Source: an uncultured delta proteobacterium
Lineage (GTDB): Bacteria > Myxococcota_A > Polyangia > Polyangiales > Polyangiaceae
Reading direction: 5' to 3'
Length of the DNA: 64,000 nt
NCBI GenBank assembly: GCA_963850305.1
Contig: CAWKKR010000008.1
Coordinates: 1,376,001 to 1,440,000 of the forward strand
Position numbers and translations under genes: made by a program. Under the pieces are notes generated by a model, which worked only from the letters and a program-made list of their open reading frames with translations, ran no database searches and was not told the origin of the DNA. Shown in pieces: positions 24,844-34,484 of the stretch; the stretch's first letter is position 1, and every line of letters begins with the position of its first letter.

Positions 24844-26369
24844 ATCGGGGGGATGAGGTGTTTCTTCGGCGGCGTGGCTTCTGCCTTGTCGCGATACCGA
24901 TCGAAGCGCGCCGCCACTTCCGCGCGAAGGCGGTCAAATGGAATCACGGCGTCCACGACGAGCTCGCTCGCGAGCTTCGCGATGTCCACGTCGTTCCGGT
25001 AATCTTCGCGCAGAGACTCCACCAGCGCTGCCCGCTCGGGTCCGTCGGGAACTGCCTGGATGCGATTGTAATAAACGGCATTCACGGCCGCCTGAGGTCC
25101 CATGACGGCGATCGACGCCGTGGGCAACGCGATACACGCGTCGGGCTCGAAAGCCGGACCGCACATCGCGTAAAGGCCAGCTCCGTAGGCCTTGCGCACG
25201 ATGACGCTGACCTTCGGCACCGTCGCCTGGCTCACCGCCGCAATCATCTTCGCGCCTGCCCGGATGATGCCTTGCCGCTCCACCTTGGTCCCGATCATGA
25301 AGCCCGGAACGTCCGCGAGATAGAGGAGCGGGACATTGAACGCGTCACACAGCCAGATGAAGCGAGCCGCCTTGTTCGCGCTATCCATGAAGAGCACTCC
25401 GCCGAGGTGCTTCGGCTGGTTCGCGACGATGCCCACCGCGTGACCCTGGATCCGACCGAACCCCGTCAGAATCTCCCTGGCGAAGCGATCCTTGAGCGGC
25501 AAGAAACTGCCGTCGTCCACGACGTGATCGATGACCTCGCGCATATCGAATGCCTTGTTTTCGTCCGCGATGACGACGTCTGCGAGCGGGCGCAGTCCGT
25601 CGCGCGGCTCTCCGGGTCCGGTCTTGCCGGGCGCGCCGCGATGGTTCTGCGGCATGTACGACAGGTAGCCCTTCGCCCACGCGATCGCCTCGTCCTCCGT
25701 CTCGACCAGCACGTCTCCGCAACCGGAGACCGACGTGTGCATCTTTGCGCCGCCCATTTCCTCGAGGGTCACCTTTTCGCCGATGACCACCTCCGCCATC
25801 CGCGGCGAGCCCAGGTACATGGCCGCGTTTCCGTCCACCATGACCACGACGTCGCAAAACGCGGGAATGTACGCACCGCCGGCTGCAGACGGTCCGAACA
25901 GCAGGCAGATCTGCGGCACTCGTCCCGAGAGCGCGACCTGATTGTAGAAGATCCGCCCGGCTCCACGTCGGCCCGGGAACATCTCCACCTGGTCGGTGAT
26001 CCGCGCGCCTGCGGAGTCCACGAGATAGAAGAGCGGACACTCGAGATCCCGTGCCACCTCCTGAATCCGGAGGATCTTCTCGACCGTGCGGGCACCCCAC
26101 GAGCCCGCCTTGACGGTCGAGTCGTTGGCCATGAGCGCGACGATCCGACCATCGATCTGGGCAGTTCCCGTGACGACTCCGTCCGCGGGCAAATCCTCTG
26201 CGCATGCGTTCGCGAGCAACCCGTCCTCGACGAACGAACCGGAGTCCACGAGTCGCGCCACGCGCTCGCGTGCGAACAGCTTGCCGTCCGAGGTGTTCTT
26301 CTCGTGATACTTGGTCGCCCCACCTGCGCGGGACGCGGCTTCGAGCGCTCGCAGCTCTTCGTCCTTCAC
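24840..26369 (-). CDS. acyl-CoA carboxylase carboxyltransferase subunit
   Basis: GKLFARER, DSAGARI, AAGGAY, EMGGA, DVPGFMIG, RKAYGAG. Confidence 0.94.
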   Translation of the reverse strand: MKDEELRALEAASRAGGATKYHEKNTSDGKLFARERVARLVDSGSFVEDGLLANACAEDLPADGVVTGTAQIDGRIVALMANDSTVKAGSWGARTVEKILRIQEVARDLECPLFYLVDSAGARITDQVEMFPGRRGAGRIFYNQVALSGRVPQICLLFGPSAAGGAYIPAFCDVVVMVDGNAAMYLGSPRMAEVVIGEKVTLEEMGGAKMHTSVSGCGDVLVETEDEAIAWAKGYLSYMPQNHRGAPGKTGPGEPRDGLRPLADVVIADENKAFDMREVIDHVVDDGSFLPLKDRFAREILTGFGRIQGHAVGIVANQPKHLGGVLFMDSANKAARFIWLCDAFNVPLLYLADVPGFMIGTKVERQGIIRAGAKMIAAVSQATVPKVSVIVRKAYGAGLYAMCGPAFEPDACIALPTASIAVMGPQAAVNAVYYNRIQAVPDGPERAALVESLREDYRNDVDIAKLASELVVDAVIPFDRLRAEVAARFDRYRDKAEATPPKKHLIPPM

Positions 26370-26392
26370 GCGACGTTCCTAGGGTTCGAGGC

Positions 26393-27397
26393 TCATCGTT
26401 CGGCGATCAACCGCTCTACGAGCGCGTCCAGTTTCGGCAGATGCACGGCATCGTAGCCGACCATGACGTCGCGCACCGTCCCTCTTCGATCGATCACGAA
26501 TACTGCGGGAATCGCCATCGCCTGGTACGCGGAGACCGTCTTTCCGGACTCATCCGACGCCACGGGGTATTTCATCCCGAGCTCCGAGGCCGTGGCTGCG
26601 GCTTGATCGGCGGGGTCCGCCGTAATCGCGATCATTCGCAACCCTCGCGCCGAGTATCGGTCGTGCCACTGGTTCATGTGAGGGACCAGTGCGCGGCATG
26701 CGACGCACCAGGGCGCCCAGAACTCCACGACCAGAACCTGCCCCCGCTGCGCCTGGAGTGTCGGCTTGAAACTCCCATTAGCGATCTTGAGTGCATCGAA
26801 GGGCGGCGCTGGTTGATCGACGAAGGTCATCCGATAGATCTCGTCGCGTTCCGGCAGCGCACCCAGGATCACGGCAACGAGGCGATCTGCTCCGCGTCGC
26901 TTCAACGCCAGGCCGAGCCGCGCCCCCGCGTGCTGCCCGGACACGATCCCGATCACGTCCGATGGCGATGCCACGGGCTGATCGTCGATGCGCATGACGA
27001 GGTCTCCGGCAAGGATCCCCGCAGCCTCAGCCGGCGACTTGGGCACGACTCGGCCGATGCGCACCCCTGCTTCCGCTGGCGCGGCGGCTTCGAGCTCGAC
27101 CCCGAGCCATCCGCGGGCGTCGTTCGTATCTTCATTGACCACGGCCTCCGTCTGGGGCGCGGCGCTGGCTGCCGTCGGGACGTCGCGCGGCGCCGCCGCT
27201 GCGGCGGTTACGTCCGGCCGCGCCCGACTGGGTGCCAGGACTGCTGCGGGAGGCGCGCTCACGGGAGCTGGCGTCGGAGCGGCGAGCGCGGCGCCGGGAG
27301 GTGCTGTTACGGAAGGTGCTGCGACGGGCCGCCGATTGGCGCAGCCGACTGCGATGAGAACGGCGAACGCGGCAGAACGGCCTTGAGGAACATGCAT
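26393..27397 (-). CDS. PDZ + TlpA-type thioredoxin lipoprotein
   Basis: Lipobox VGC, PDZ (GWLGVEL...SPAEAAGILAGD), FWAPWCVAC. Confidence 0.85.
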   Translation of the reverse strand: MHVPQGRSAAFAVLIAVGCANRRPVAAPSVTAPPGAALAAPTPAPVSAPPAAVLAPSRARPDVTAAAAAPRDVPTAASAAPQTEAVVNEDTNDARGWLGVELEAAAPAEAGVRIGRVVPKSPAEAAGILAGDLVMRIDDQPVASPSDVIGIVSGQHAGARLGLALKRRGADRLVAVILGALPERDEIYRMTFVDQPAPPFDALKIANGSFKPTLQAQRGQVLVVEFWAPWCVACRALVPHMNQWHDRYSARGLRMIAITADPADQAAATASELGMKYPVASDESGKTVSAYQAMAIPAVFVIDRRGTVRDVMVGYDAVHLPKLDALVERLIAER

Positions 27398-27420
27398 TTG
27401 GACCTTGCTACCATGGCGCG

Positions 27421-27939
27421 ATGGTGTGCTCGCGTCGAGGCAAGGTGAGATGGGGGTTCGCCGTGTGTCTCTTCGTCTGGCCCTGGGGCGCAGCTTGCGC
27501 GTCGCCTGCGACGACGGCCCTCGCGCCGGTGCCGCCCACGGCCAGGTGGGCGCTCCTCGACACCGCGCGCCGGTGGCCGAGCGCGAGCCCGCCTTTCCCT
27601 TCTCGCGGTCACGGCGTTGGAGACTACTTGATCGACGTACACGTCTCGCCGTCGAGTCTCGCCGCGTACGTGCGCGGCGATCGCGAGGGGATGTCGGGCG
27701 CCGTGACGATAGCGGCCTTTCACCGTCGTGAGGCCGACGGGGCCCTTGGCTCCATTTTCGTGATGACCCGCTCAGCCGTCGGGAAATTTCGGTTCATGGT
27801 CGTCGACCCGGAGGGCCGTCTTTCGGAGGACGGCCCGCTTCCCCTTTGTGCGCGGTGCCACGCGGAAGCGTCTCGACAGCTCTTCGGGCTCCCGAACGAC
27901 GTCCCGAACGCGACAGAAAAGAGCGCAGCCGGGAATTGA
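27421..27939 (+). CDS. exported monoheme cytochrome c (P460-like)
   Basis: Signal-like N-terminus, C-terminal CARCH heme motif; start uncertain. Confidence 0.6.
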   Translation: MVCSRRGKVRWGFAVCLFVWPWGAACASPATTALAPVPPTARWALLDTARRWPSASPPFPSRGHGVGDYLIDVHVSPSSLAAYVRGDREGMSGAVTIAAFHRREADGALGSIFVMTRSAVGKFRFMVVDPEGRLSEDGPLPLCARCHAEASRQLFGLPNDVPNATEKSAAGN

Positions 27940-27977
27940 CGGCTATCTCTGGACGTTCGGTGGGTGAGAGGAAATGT

Positions 27978-28186
27978 TACAAAACATGACGACCCGCGGG
28001 TGCTTGCACACCAACGCGGGCCATCCGAAAGCCTCTCAAAGGACTGCGAAAAGAGCTAAAAAAGCTAGGAAACCAAGGAAGCCTAAGGTTCGGTTAATTT
28101 AAGGGCCTGCTCGGAGCAGGCGAAAAAAAGGGGGAAAGTCAAAAGTCCCGTGATGCGACGTCGCTGACTTCACGAGGGCTATCGGG
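27978..28186 (-). ncRNA. candidate sigma54-dependent small RNA
   Basis: No ORF in the track; three GC hairpins separated by U/C-rich linkers; terminal hairpin followed by TGTTTT; sigma54 motif immediately upstream. Confidence 0.55.
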
Positions 28187-28196
28187 CAGGTCTCCT

Positions 28197-28212
28197 AGCA
28201 GGGGTCGTGCCA
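28197..28212 (-). promoter_or_regulatory. sigma54 (-24/-12) promoter
   Basis: Minus strand TGGCACGACCCCTGCT, exact GG-N10-GC spacing. Confidence 0.65.
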
Positions 28213-28441
28213 GGAGCGCAATCCCTCGGGTAACACGGCCAAAACCGGGCTCTCCGGAGCAGGTTTTCGACGCAGCGCGGTGCGCCCCACGACGCCCCTG
28301 TCCGAAGACGCTCCCGGTATCGCAAAGTTTGCGAACTCGCTCCTGCAGGGCCGGTCGTTCGCGACGTCCGTGGTTGGCAGATCCGCCGAGGCCACGCGAT
28401 TGTGATATTACGCCGTCCCTCGGCGGGCCATCCGTCGGTAC

Positions 28442-28539
<98 letters not shown>

Positions 28540-28754
28540 TCGGGGACGAAAGCGAGCGTGGCAACTCGGAGCGACAGGGTTCCGATGCGTCTCGCGATGA
28601 GCATGCCTTCCGTGGATCTGACGGTCGTTCGGATGGAGCGTGGGAGTGCTCGTCGAGCCAGCATCCCGTCCCGCAGGGGGTATCCATGCTCCGGCCCCTG
28701 TGACATCCTTCAAGCAGTCGACCAGTCTCAGCACCAAACAAAGGGAGGTATCGG

Positions 28755-29777
28755 ATGGCGAACGACGCGAACAACCCGATGAAGCCTCTCTACAAGCGGC
28801 TCGGCGACCTCGGTCTCACGAAGGCGTACGTACAGGGGAAGGTGCTCCCGAGCTGGTGGAGCGACGAAGCAGCGACGAACCCCGCCGGGTTCTCGGAGGC
28901 AGTCGTGCTCTTGTCTCGCCATCTTGGGCTCGACAGCGAGACGCTGCGAGGCTCCGGCGAGATCCGACTAACGGGTGAGCCGATGGTCAAATTGAAGAAG
29001 GCGGCTAACGCTAACGACGATGATCTCGCCGTCGCTCGGAGGCTCGCGCTCCAGGTCGCTCGACTCGCCTTGCTCGGCGTGTCTGCGCCAGCGCCCAAGG
29101 TGCCCTCTTCGGGAATCGAGCTGCGCCAGCAGATCCTCGACCAAGATCAGCCATGGGTCAGTCTCGAAACGCTGCTCGACTACTGCTGGTCGATCGGGAT
29201 TCCGGTGCTTCACGTGTCTGCGTTCCCAAAGAACGCGAAGCGCATGCACGGTCTCGCTGCAAAGGTCGCCGGTCGTCCCGTAATCGTGATCTCCAAGGAG
29301 GTTCAGCAGCCGGCCTGGCTGCTCTTCATCCTCGCCCATGAGTTGGGCCACATCGCGCTTGGGCACGTCGAAGAGGAAGACGCCGTCGTCGTTGACGCCG
29401 AAATTGACCAAGATAGCGCCGACGACGAAGAGCGTCAGGCGAACGCCTTTGCGTTGGAACTGCTTTGCGGAAATGCACAGACCCGTTTTCGAGCGGAGCG
29501 CTGGCCGAAGGCAGCCGTGCTTGCTCAGGAAGCGGTCAGGATCGGCCAGCAACAGCACATCGATCCGGGTCATGTCGTCCTGAACTACGCGCACTCTATG
29601 GGCCCCGAGTTCTTCGCGGTCGCCAACGCGGCGCTCAAGAACTTGGAGCCAAACCCTGACGGTGTTGGGACGATCCGAAAAAAGATGGCGGCAGCGCTCG
29701 ACTGGTCGCTCCTTCCCACCGAGGCCGCTGAGTTCGTCTCTCGGATGACGCAGGCAGAACTCGCCTCGGCAGCGTGA
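28755..29777 (+). CDS. ImmA/IrrE-family (M78) metallopeptidase
   Basis: GGAGG RBS; FILAHELGH zinc motif followed by EERQANAFA. Confidence 0.9.
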   Translation: MANDANNPMKPLYKRLGDLGLTKAYVQGKVLPSWWSDEAATNPAGFSEAVVLLSRHLGLDSETLRGSGEIRLTGEPMVKLKKAANANDDDLAVARRLALQVARLALLGVSAPAPKVPSSGIELRQQILDQDQPWVSLETLLDYCWSIGIPVLHVSAFPKNAKRMHGLAAKVAGRPVIVISKEVQQPAWLLFILAHELGHIALGHVEEEDAVVVDAEIDQDSADDEERQANAFALELLCGNAQTRFRAERWPKAAVLAQEAVRIGQQQHIDPGHVVLNYAHSMGPEFFAVANAALKNLEPNPDGVGTIRKKMAAALDWSLLPTEAAEFVSRMTQAELASAA

Positions 29778-30403
29778 AGGCGTTCTGCGACAACGACATC
29801 CTCCACAAGCTCTGCGCGTTCGATCTCCTCGAAGACGCGACGGCAGGAGCCGGGCTTGCACCGGGCGACCTGGTGGCCCTTCCGACCGCGAAGTTCTTCT
29901 TTCTTCGGAAGCAACCAGACAAGGGTCGGCAGCGCTTCGGTGACCTCGTGTACCAGCGCATTCACGGTGCGTTGAACGCGGCTGGGGAGGTGGGCGTTCA
30001 GCTACACCCCGAGGACGAAAAGATCCTGATCAACAGGCTCGGCATCGACCAGGGGGAGGCGCTCCTGTTCTCCTACGCCTCTCGGGACGAGGGTTCACTG
30101 CTTACGGGCGATAAGCGAAGCCTTCTGGCGCTCACGGCGGAGCCGTCGTGCAGCGACATCGTTGCTCGCTTGCAGGGTCGAGTCGTCTGCCTGGAGCAGC
30201 TCGTGCTCGGCGCAATCGCACGCGCCGGGTTCGTGTCGGTTCGAGAAAGGATCGTGCCCGCGATCGGGTGGGACAAGGTCATGCGGGTGGCCTTCGGATC
30301 GGGCCTCAGCACCGAGGAGGGCTCAGCCGTGGCAGCGCTCGAATACTACGTCGCCGACCTGCGCAAGCAGACGGGTTCGCTGCTGCGGCAGGAAAGCGTG
30401 TAG
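29774..30403 (+). CDS. PIN-like domain protein
   Basis: FCDND, IDQGEA, LLTGDKR acidic PIN-type motifs; GTGA overlap with the peptidase stop. Confidence 0.75.
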   Translation: MKAFCDNDILHKLCAFDLLEDATAGAGLAPGDLVALPTAKFFFLRKQPDKGRQRFGDLVYQRIHGALNAAGEVGVQLHPEDEKILINRLGIDQGEALLFSYASRDEGSLLTGDKRSLLALTAEPSCSDIVARLQGRVVCLEQLVLGAIARAGFVSVRERIVPAIGWDKVMRVAFGSGLSTEEGSAVAALEYYVADLRKQTGSLLRQESV

Positions 30404-30629
30404 CCTGACGCCATGCTTGTCGCGACGGGAGAGTGCCACCGCGGCTGGGCGAGAGAGCCGCCGCGACGGCATCGACGGGAAGATCGAGGAACTTGAGCGC
30501 GCTCAAAGTCCCAATGTGAGCAACTGACCTGGTCGCAGCGTTGTGTCGCCGGTCCACTCCGGATATCGTGCCCGCGCGGGTGGGTCGGTACCGAGGTTCG
30601 ATCGAGGTCGAACGGGAGCCGTCACGTCC

Positions 30630-31298
30630 GTGACGAAGGCCGTCATCTTCGATTGCGACGGCACGATCGTCGATAGCCTCGGCCTCGCGAACGAGGTTCT
30701 CTCGGAGTACCTGGGTGAACTCGGTTTTCAGGTCACCCACGCTGAGGCGGCGGCGCGGTTCGGAGGCGGGAAGCTCGCCGATTCAATCGCGAAGTTCGAG
30801 GCTGACTTCGACCGGAACCTTCCCGAGACGTTCACCACGGAGCTGCGACGCCGACGGGACGTAGCTTTCCAATCCCGGTTGATGCCGTTGGAAGGAGCAG
30901 AGGAAGTCGTTCGCAGCCTGGATGTGCCCCGGTGCGTCGCCAGCAACGGGCCTCGTGAGCAGACGGAGCTGAGCCTCCGTGTCACTGGTCTCTTGCCGCA
31001 CTTCGAGGGCCGAGTGTTCTCAGCCTACGACATCGGCGTCTGGAAGCCCGACCCCGGTCTGTTCCTTCACGTCGCAGATGCACTTCGGTTGCGCCCCGAG
31101 GACTGCCTGGTCGTCGAGGACAGCCTTCCCGGAATCGAGGCGGGCCTCGCCGCTCGAATGAGCGTGGTGGCTATCACCTCCACCGAGCCACCGTTTCGTA
31201 TTCCTCCCGGCGTTCGCCGGATCCGACGACTCGCCGAGCTTGCGGACCATGTTCCCTTCGATCCGCCACGCCGAGGGGGCTCGGCCGATCTCCGGTGA
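30630..31298 (+). CDS. HAD-IA family hydrolase
   Basis: IFDCDGTIVDS, VASNG, KPDP, VEDS. Confidence 0.92.
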   Translation: MTKAVIFDCDGTIVDSLGLANEVLSEYLGELGFQVTHAEAAARFGGGKLADSIAKFEADFDRNLPETFTTELRRRRDVAFQSRLMPLEGAEEVVRSLDVPRCVASNGPREQTELSLRVTGLLPHFEGRVFSAYDIGVWKPDPGLFLHVADALRLRPEDCLVVEDSLPGIEAGLAARMSVVAITSTEPPFRIPPGVRRIRRLAELADHVPFDPPRRGGSADLR

Positions 31299-31346
31299 GG
31301 AACAAGCATTCGCGGCGTGGTGGGCTGCGAGGAAGGGGGAGCGGCG

Positions 31347-31610
31347 TCACGGTTGAAGCACTGGGTATCGTGCCGACCTCCGGCGCCCTGGAATCTGCCG
31401 TCCTGGAAGATCCTCCATCCCCCAGAGGGCCTTCTCACGGGCGATGTGCGGCAGAGCCTCGACATCGGCGGCGCCGGGCGCACCTGAAGGCCGCGACGCT
31501 CCGGAGTCCTCATGAACGAGCCCTCCGTGATTCTGAGCTAGGAGCCCGACGCTGATCACCATGAAGACCGCCAAGGCGACGAGGAGCATGGTCTTGGTGG
31601 TCTTGGGCAT
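31347..31610 (-). CDS. small membrane-anchored hypothetical protein (possibly a fragment)
   Basis: MPKTTKT followed by a hydrophobic helix. Confidence 0.35.
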   Translation of the reverse strand: MPKTTKTMLLVALAVFMVISVGLLAQNHGGLVHEDSGASRPSGAPGAADVEALPHIAREKALWGMEDLPGRQIPGRRRSARYPVLQP

Positions 31611-31665
31611 CGGCACGGCTTCCGGGATGGACACCGCCGCCCCGAGAAGGTTCCGGTGGTGCCTC

Positions 31666-32061
31666 TCACGTCAGGAAGAACCGAGCCAGCGACATCCCGA
31701 ACGCGAAGCAGGCCCCGCCGAAGAACGTCGTGAGCCTCGTGGTCTTGATTCCCCGCCGCCTCCGCCTCTCACCGAAGCGGTGCATCACGACCCCGGAGAT
31801 CACCGGGTACAGAGCGAGCCCCACTAGCCGGAGAGGAACGCCGCGGGTGATCCGCGATGGCAGAACGTGGGCGGAGATCGCCCCGACCAAGCCGCCGAGG
31901 AGGACATAGCCGACACCTGCAAGAATGGGGTCGGCCTCTTTGCTCTCCCTCGCGCTGTGCTTGAGGGACTCGACTCCGAGTTCGATCAGAACCTCGAATG
32001 CTAGCTGGAGAAGGATCTCTCCCAGGAACCAGATGGCGAATTCGAGCAGAAGAGTGAGCAT
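31666..32061 (-). CDS. membrane protein
   Basis: 131 aa with about four hydrophobic segments. Confidence 0.75.
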   Translation of the reverse strand: MLTLLLEFAIWFLGEILLQLAFEVLIELGVESLKHSARESKEADPILAGVGYVLLGGLVGAISAHVLPSRITRGVPLRLVGLALYPVISGVVMHRFGERRRRRGIKTTRLTTFFGGACFAFGMSLARFFLT

Positions 32062-32302
32062 GGTTCGTTCGCCGTCGGGCCTTCACGAGGAGACGACGTC
32101 GTTGGTCATGGAAGGGTACGCCGGTCTTCCCGTGGTCACGCTGATCACCCTGGTCATCCAGGAAGACGACGGCACCGTGGCCACCGTTTCCGTGCCCAAC
32201 GAGCAAAGTCGGAACATGTTCCGGGCTTGACCCGGGTGGGTCGGGGCCATGACGCGAGCTGCCCGTGGACCCGCCACCCCCTTCCGGGAGATGCTCCCCC
32301 CA

Positions 32303-32680
32303 ATGCGCACGGTAGGGAACATCCTCTGGCTGGTCTTCTCCGGCTTCTGGATGGCCGTGGGCTACGGCCTCTCGGGCGCTCTCCTGTGCCTGACGATCGT
32401 CGGCATTCCCTTCGGCGTCCAGGCGTTCAAGCTCGCGGGGTTCACCCTCTGGCCGTTCGGGAGGAAGGTGATCGATGCCCCTGGCGGAGGCGGCTGCTTG
32501 TCCGTCGGGTTCAACCTGCTCTGGCTCGTCCTCTTCGGCTGGGAGCTGTTTGTCGGCCACCTCGTGACGGGGCTGCTCCTGTGCATCACCGTGATCGGGA
32601 TCCCGTTCGGCATCCAGGCGTTCAAGCTGAGCGTCCTGGCGCTCTGGCCGTTCGGGAAGATGATCGTGGAGGACCGGTAG
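32303..32680 (+). CDS. YccF-domain membrane protein
   Basis: Duplicated N.LW...GW...LC.T..GIPFG.QAFKL...LWPFG motif. Confidence 0.92.
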   Translation: MRTVGNILWLVFSGFWMAVGYGLSGALLCLTIVGIPFGVQAFKLAGFTLWPFGRKVIDAPGGGGCLSVGFNLLWLVLFGWELFVGHLVTGLLLCITVIGIPFGIQAFKLSVLALWPFGKMIVEDR

Positions 32681-33103
32681 TCAGGCCGTGCGCTTCGTCG
32701 GGTACATCCCCGCCGTGCTCCGTGGCATCAAGGTCGAGTGGGACATCCCGGTCGAGATCACCGACGAGAATCCGCCGGGCGATGCATCCGCAAGATGAAC
32801 TCGAACGTCTTCGCGTCGGTCGGCTTCGACGTCCGTTTCATGTTCAACCTCACCGGCCCGGAACGAGAACATCTCGGACACCAATGCGGGAAGACGTCGT
32901 TCATCCGAGGGGCGCGTTGATCTTCGCGAACGAGACCGAGACCTGGTTCTGGGTGCAGGCGGGGGACGAGGAGTGAGCTTGTGGTTCCTGATGAAATATC
33001 AGGGAGCCGTGTACCAGCTCGTGGTCGTCGTCCCGTTGTCGCTGGCAGCGTAGTGAGCCGCGAAGACGGGGGGAGCGGTCGTGATGTCGAAGACGACGAG
33101 AGG

Positions 33104-33352
33104 CTACGAACCGCTCCCGGCGACGGGCTCGGAATCGGCGGCGGGCCTGTACTCCCGCAGGTCGATATAGCTCACGATGTCGAAGAGCGGACCCAACGTG
33201 AGAACAAGCGTTTCTCCGTCGATCGGCGTCCGTGTCACGACGCGACATTCCTTCTGATACTCGTATGTCTCCAGCTTTCGGAAGCGGAAAAGCGACTCGC
33301 GAACGATGTGGCAAGCATCGAAGCTGGGAAACCCTTCGCGAAGGTAAGCGGA
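33104..33352 (-). pseudogene. C-terminal gene fragment (F.K..Y.YQ.E.R motif)
   Basis: FRKLETYEYQKECRVV...LTLGPLFDI without a plausible N-terminus. Confidence 0.35.
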
Positions 33353-33642
33353 TCGGCGACGTCCCGTCCTTCGGGGAAGCACTGGCAAGCCGCGAAGAGG
33401 CCCACCGCTTCGACCCTGACACGGGGCCGGTCGTGCTCGAGCTGCCACCAAGGGGAGCTCGAGCTCCGGCCGTGCCCCTCCGCCGATTTGACGAAAACAC
33501 CGAGCTCACGGTCGTCGAGCGTCCGCCGTTTCGGCCTTCAGAGCCGCCGGTTCGTGAGGCGCTGCACCCGTTTGATGACATCGAGGAGAAGACGACCGTC
33601 GATGCAGTGCCGCTCCGTCCGTCCGAGCCGCCGAAGCGGTGA
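33232..33642 (+). CDS. Pro/Glu-rich hypothetical protein
   Basis: Repeated RPSEPP motif; start uncertain. Confidence 0.35.
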   Translation: MSRRDIPSDTRMSPAFGSGKATRERCGKHRSWETLREGKRIGDVPSFGEALASREEAHRFDPDTGPVVLELPPRGARAPAVPLRRFDENTELTVVERPPFRPSEPPVREALHPFDDIEEKTTVDAVPLRPSEPPKR

Positions 33643-33750
33643 ATGGCGAGGCGGAGCGCACACGCGAACGCGCGGCGTCGGACTCTGGCGCAATTCGCGT
33701 GGCACCGTCAGTCTCCGTGTCGATCTTTCACACCCGAACGTTGGCAGTGC

Positions 33751-33966
33751 TCAGCCAGTTTCGGTCCGCGACACTCGCGTCCCCCACGATCGGTACTTGC
33801 TCGCAAGCTTGCCCGTTGCGTCGAGGATCCCGACCTTGCGGAGCATCTGCAATTTCTCTTCGCGCGACGGGCGTTCGATCGCGGCAAGAAGATCCTGTGG
33901 CGACCAGACGCCGAGAGCCGCCTGCCGGCCGACGCGCCTCTTCGTGCGTTTACTCGTCTTCGCCAT
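33751..33966 (-). CDS. small basic protein, putative antitoxin partner
   Basis: 71 aa MAKTSKR...LRKVGILDATGKLASKY; start overlaps the end of the upstream ART-like gene. Confidence 0.6.
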   Translation of the reverse strand: MAKTSKRTKRRVGRQAALGVWSPQDLLAAIERPSREEKLQMLRKVGILDATGKLASKYRSWGTRVSRTETG

Positions 33967-34470
33967 AGCGTCCGTCCTTCCGCACCGGCCACACTGCGAG
34001 GATGTTGCTCGGCTCGCGCACGCACAGCTGCACGTGAGCTCCCTCGAACACTCCGCTGCGCGTCCAGAGCCTCGGCATCTTCGCTTGTTGTAGCGGCACG
34101 AAGACCGCCCGGCAACTGTCGACCATGCGACCGTCCCGTGCCAAGAGCTCGTAGAGCCAGTTGAAAGCGGCGCAGTCGAGGTACTTGTGATTGTTCGCGT
34201 TCCGAGACGCACGAGGGCCCCGACGACCGCAGCTTCGTCGCCGTACCTCCGATGCGCCCACCACCACGCTTGCTGCGGCGCGAACTCCCAGAAGTAGATC
34301 CCGTGCCCGAGCCAATCGTCGTCATTCTCACTGACACCGAAGGCGTCGCCGCGGATGAGCTTCTTCGCGGTGGACCGTCGTGTACCGTGGAACGCGACGA
34401 GCGTCCGGTCGTAGTCGAACGCGGTTTGTCTCGTCGGCACCTGGGCCGACGCTTGCTTGGACCCGCTCAT
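33950..34470 (-). pseudogene. ADP-ribosyltransferase-like toxin gene with internal frameshift/deletion
   Basis: FHGT...SENDDDWLGHGIYFWE in one frame and YLDCAAFN...HVQLCVR in another; junction at about 34200. Confidence 0.65.
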
Positions 34471-34484
34471 TGCTTCCGTCCGTC

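Noticed and set aside
24789..26456. Long plus-strand ORF (also 12907..14319, 37273..39168, 43839..45644, 46290..47969, 47960..49429, and minus-strand 61874..63235)
   Set aside because: Antisense shadow ORFs of well-supported genes, expected in high-GC DNA
30404..30530. MerR-like remnant (DGIDGKIEELER)
   Set aside because: Too short to support a call
32681..32976. Protein-like fragments in shifting frames
   Set aside because: No recognisable family; probably island debris
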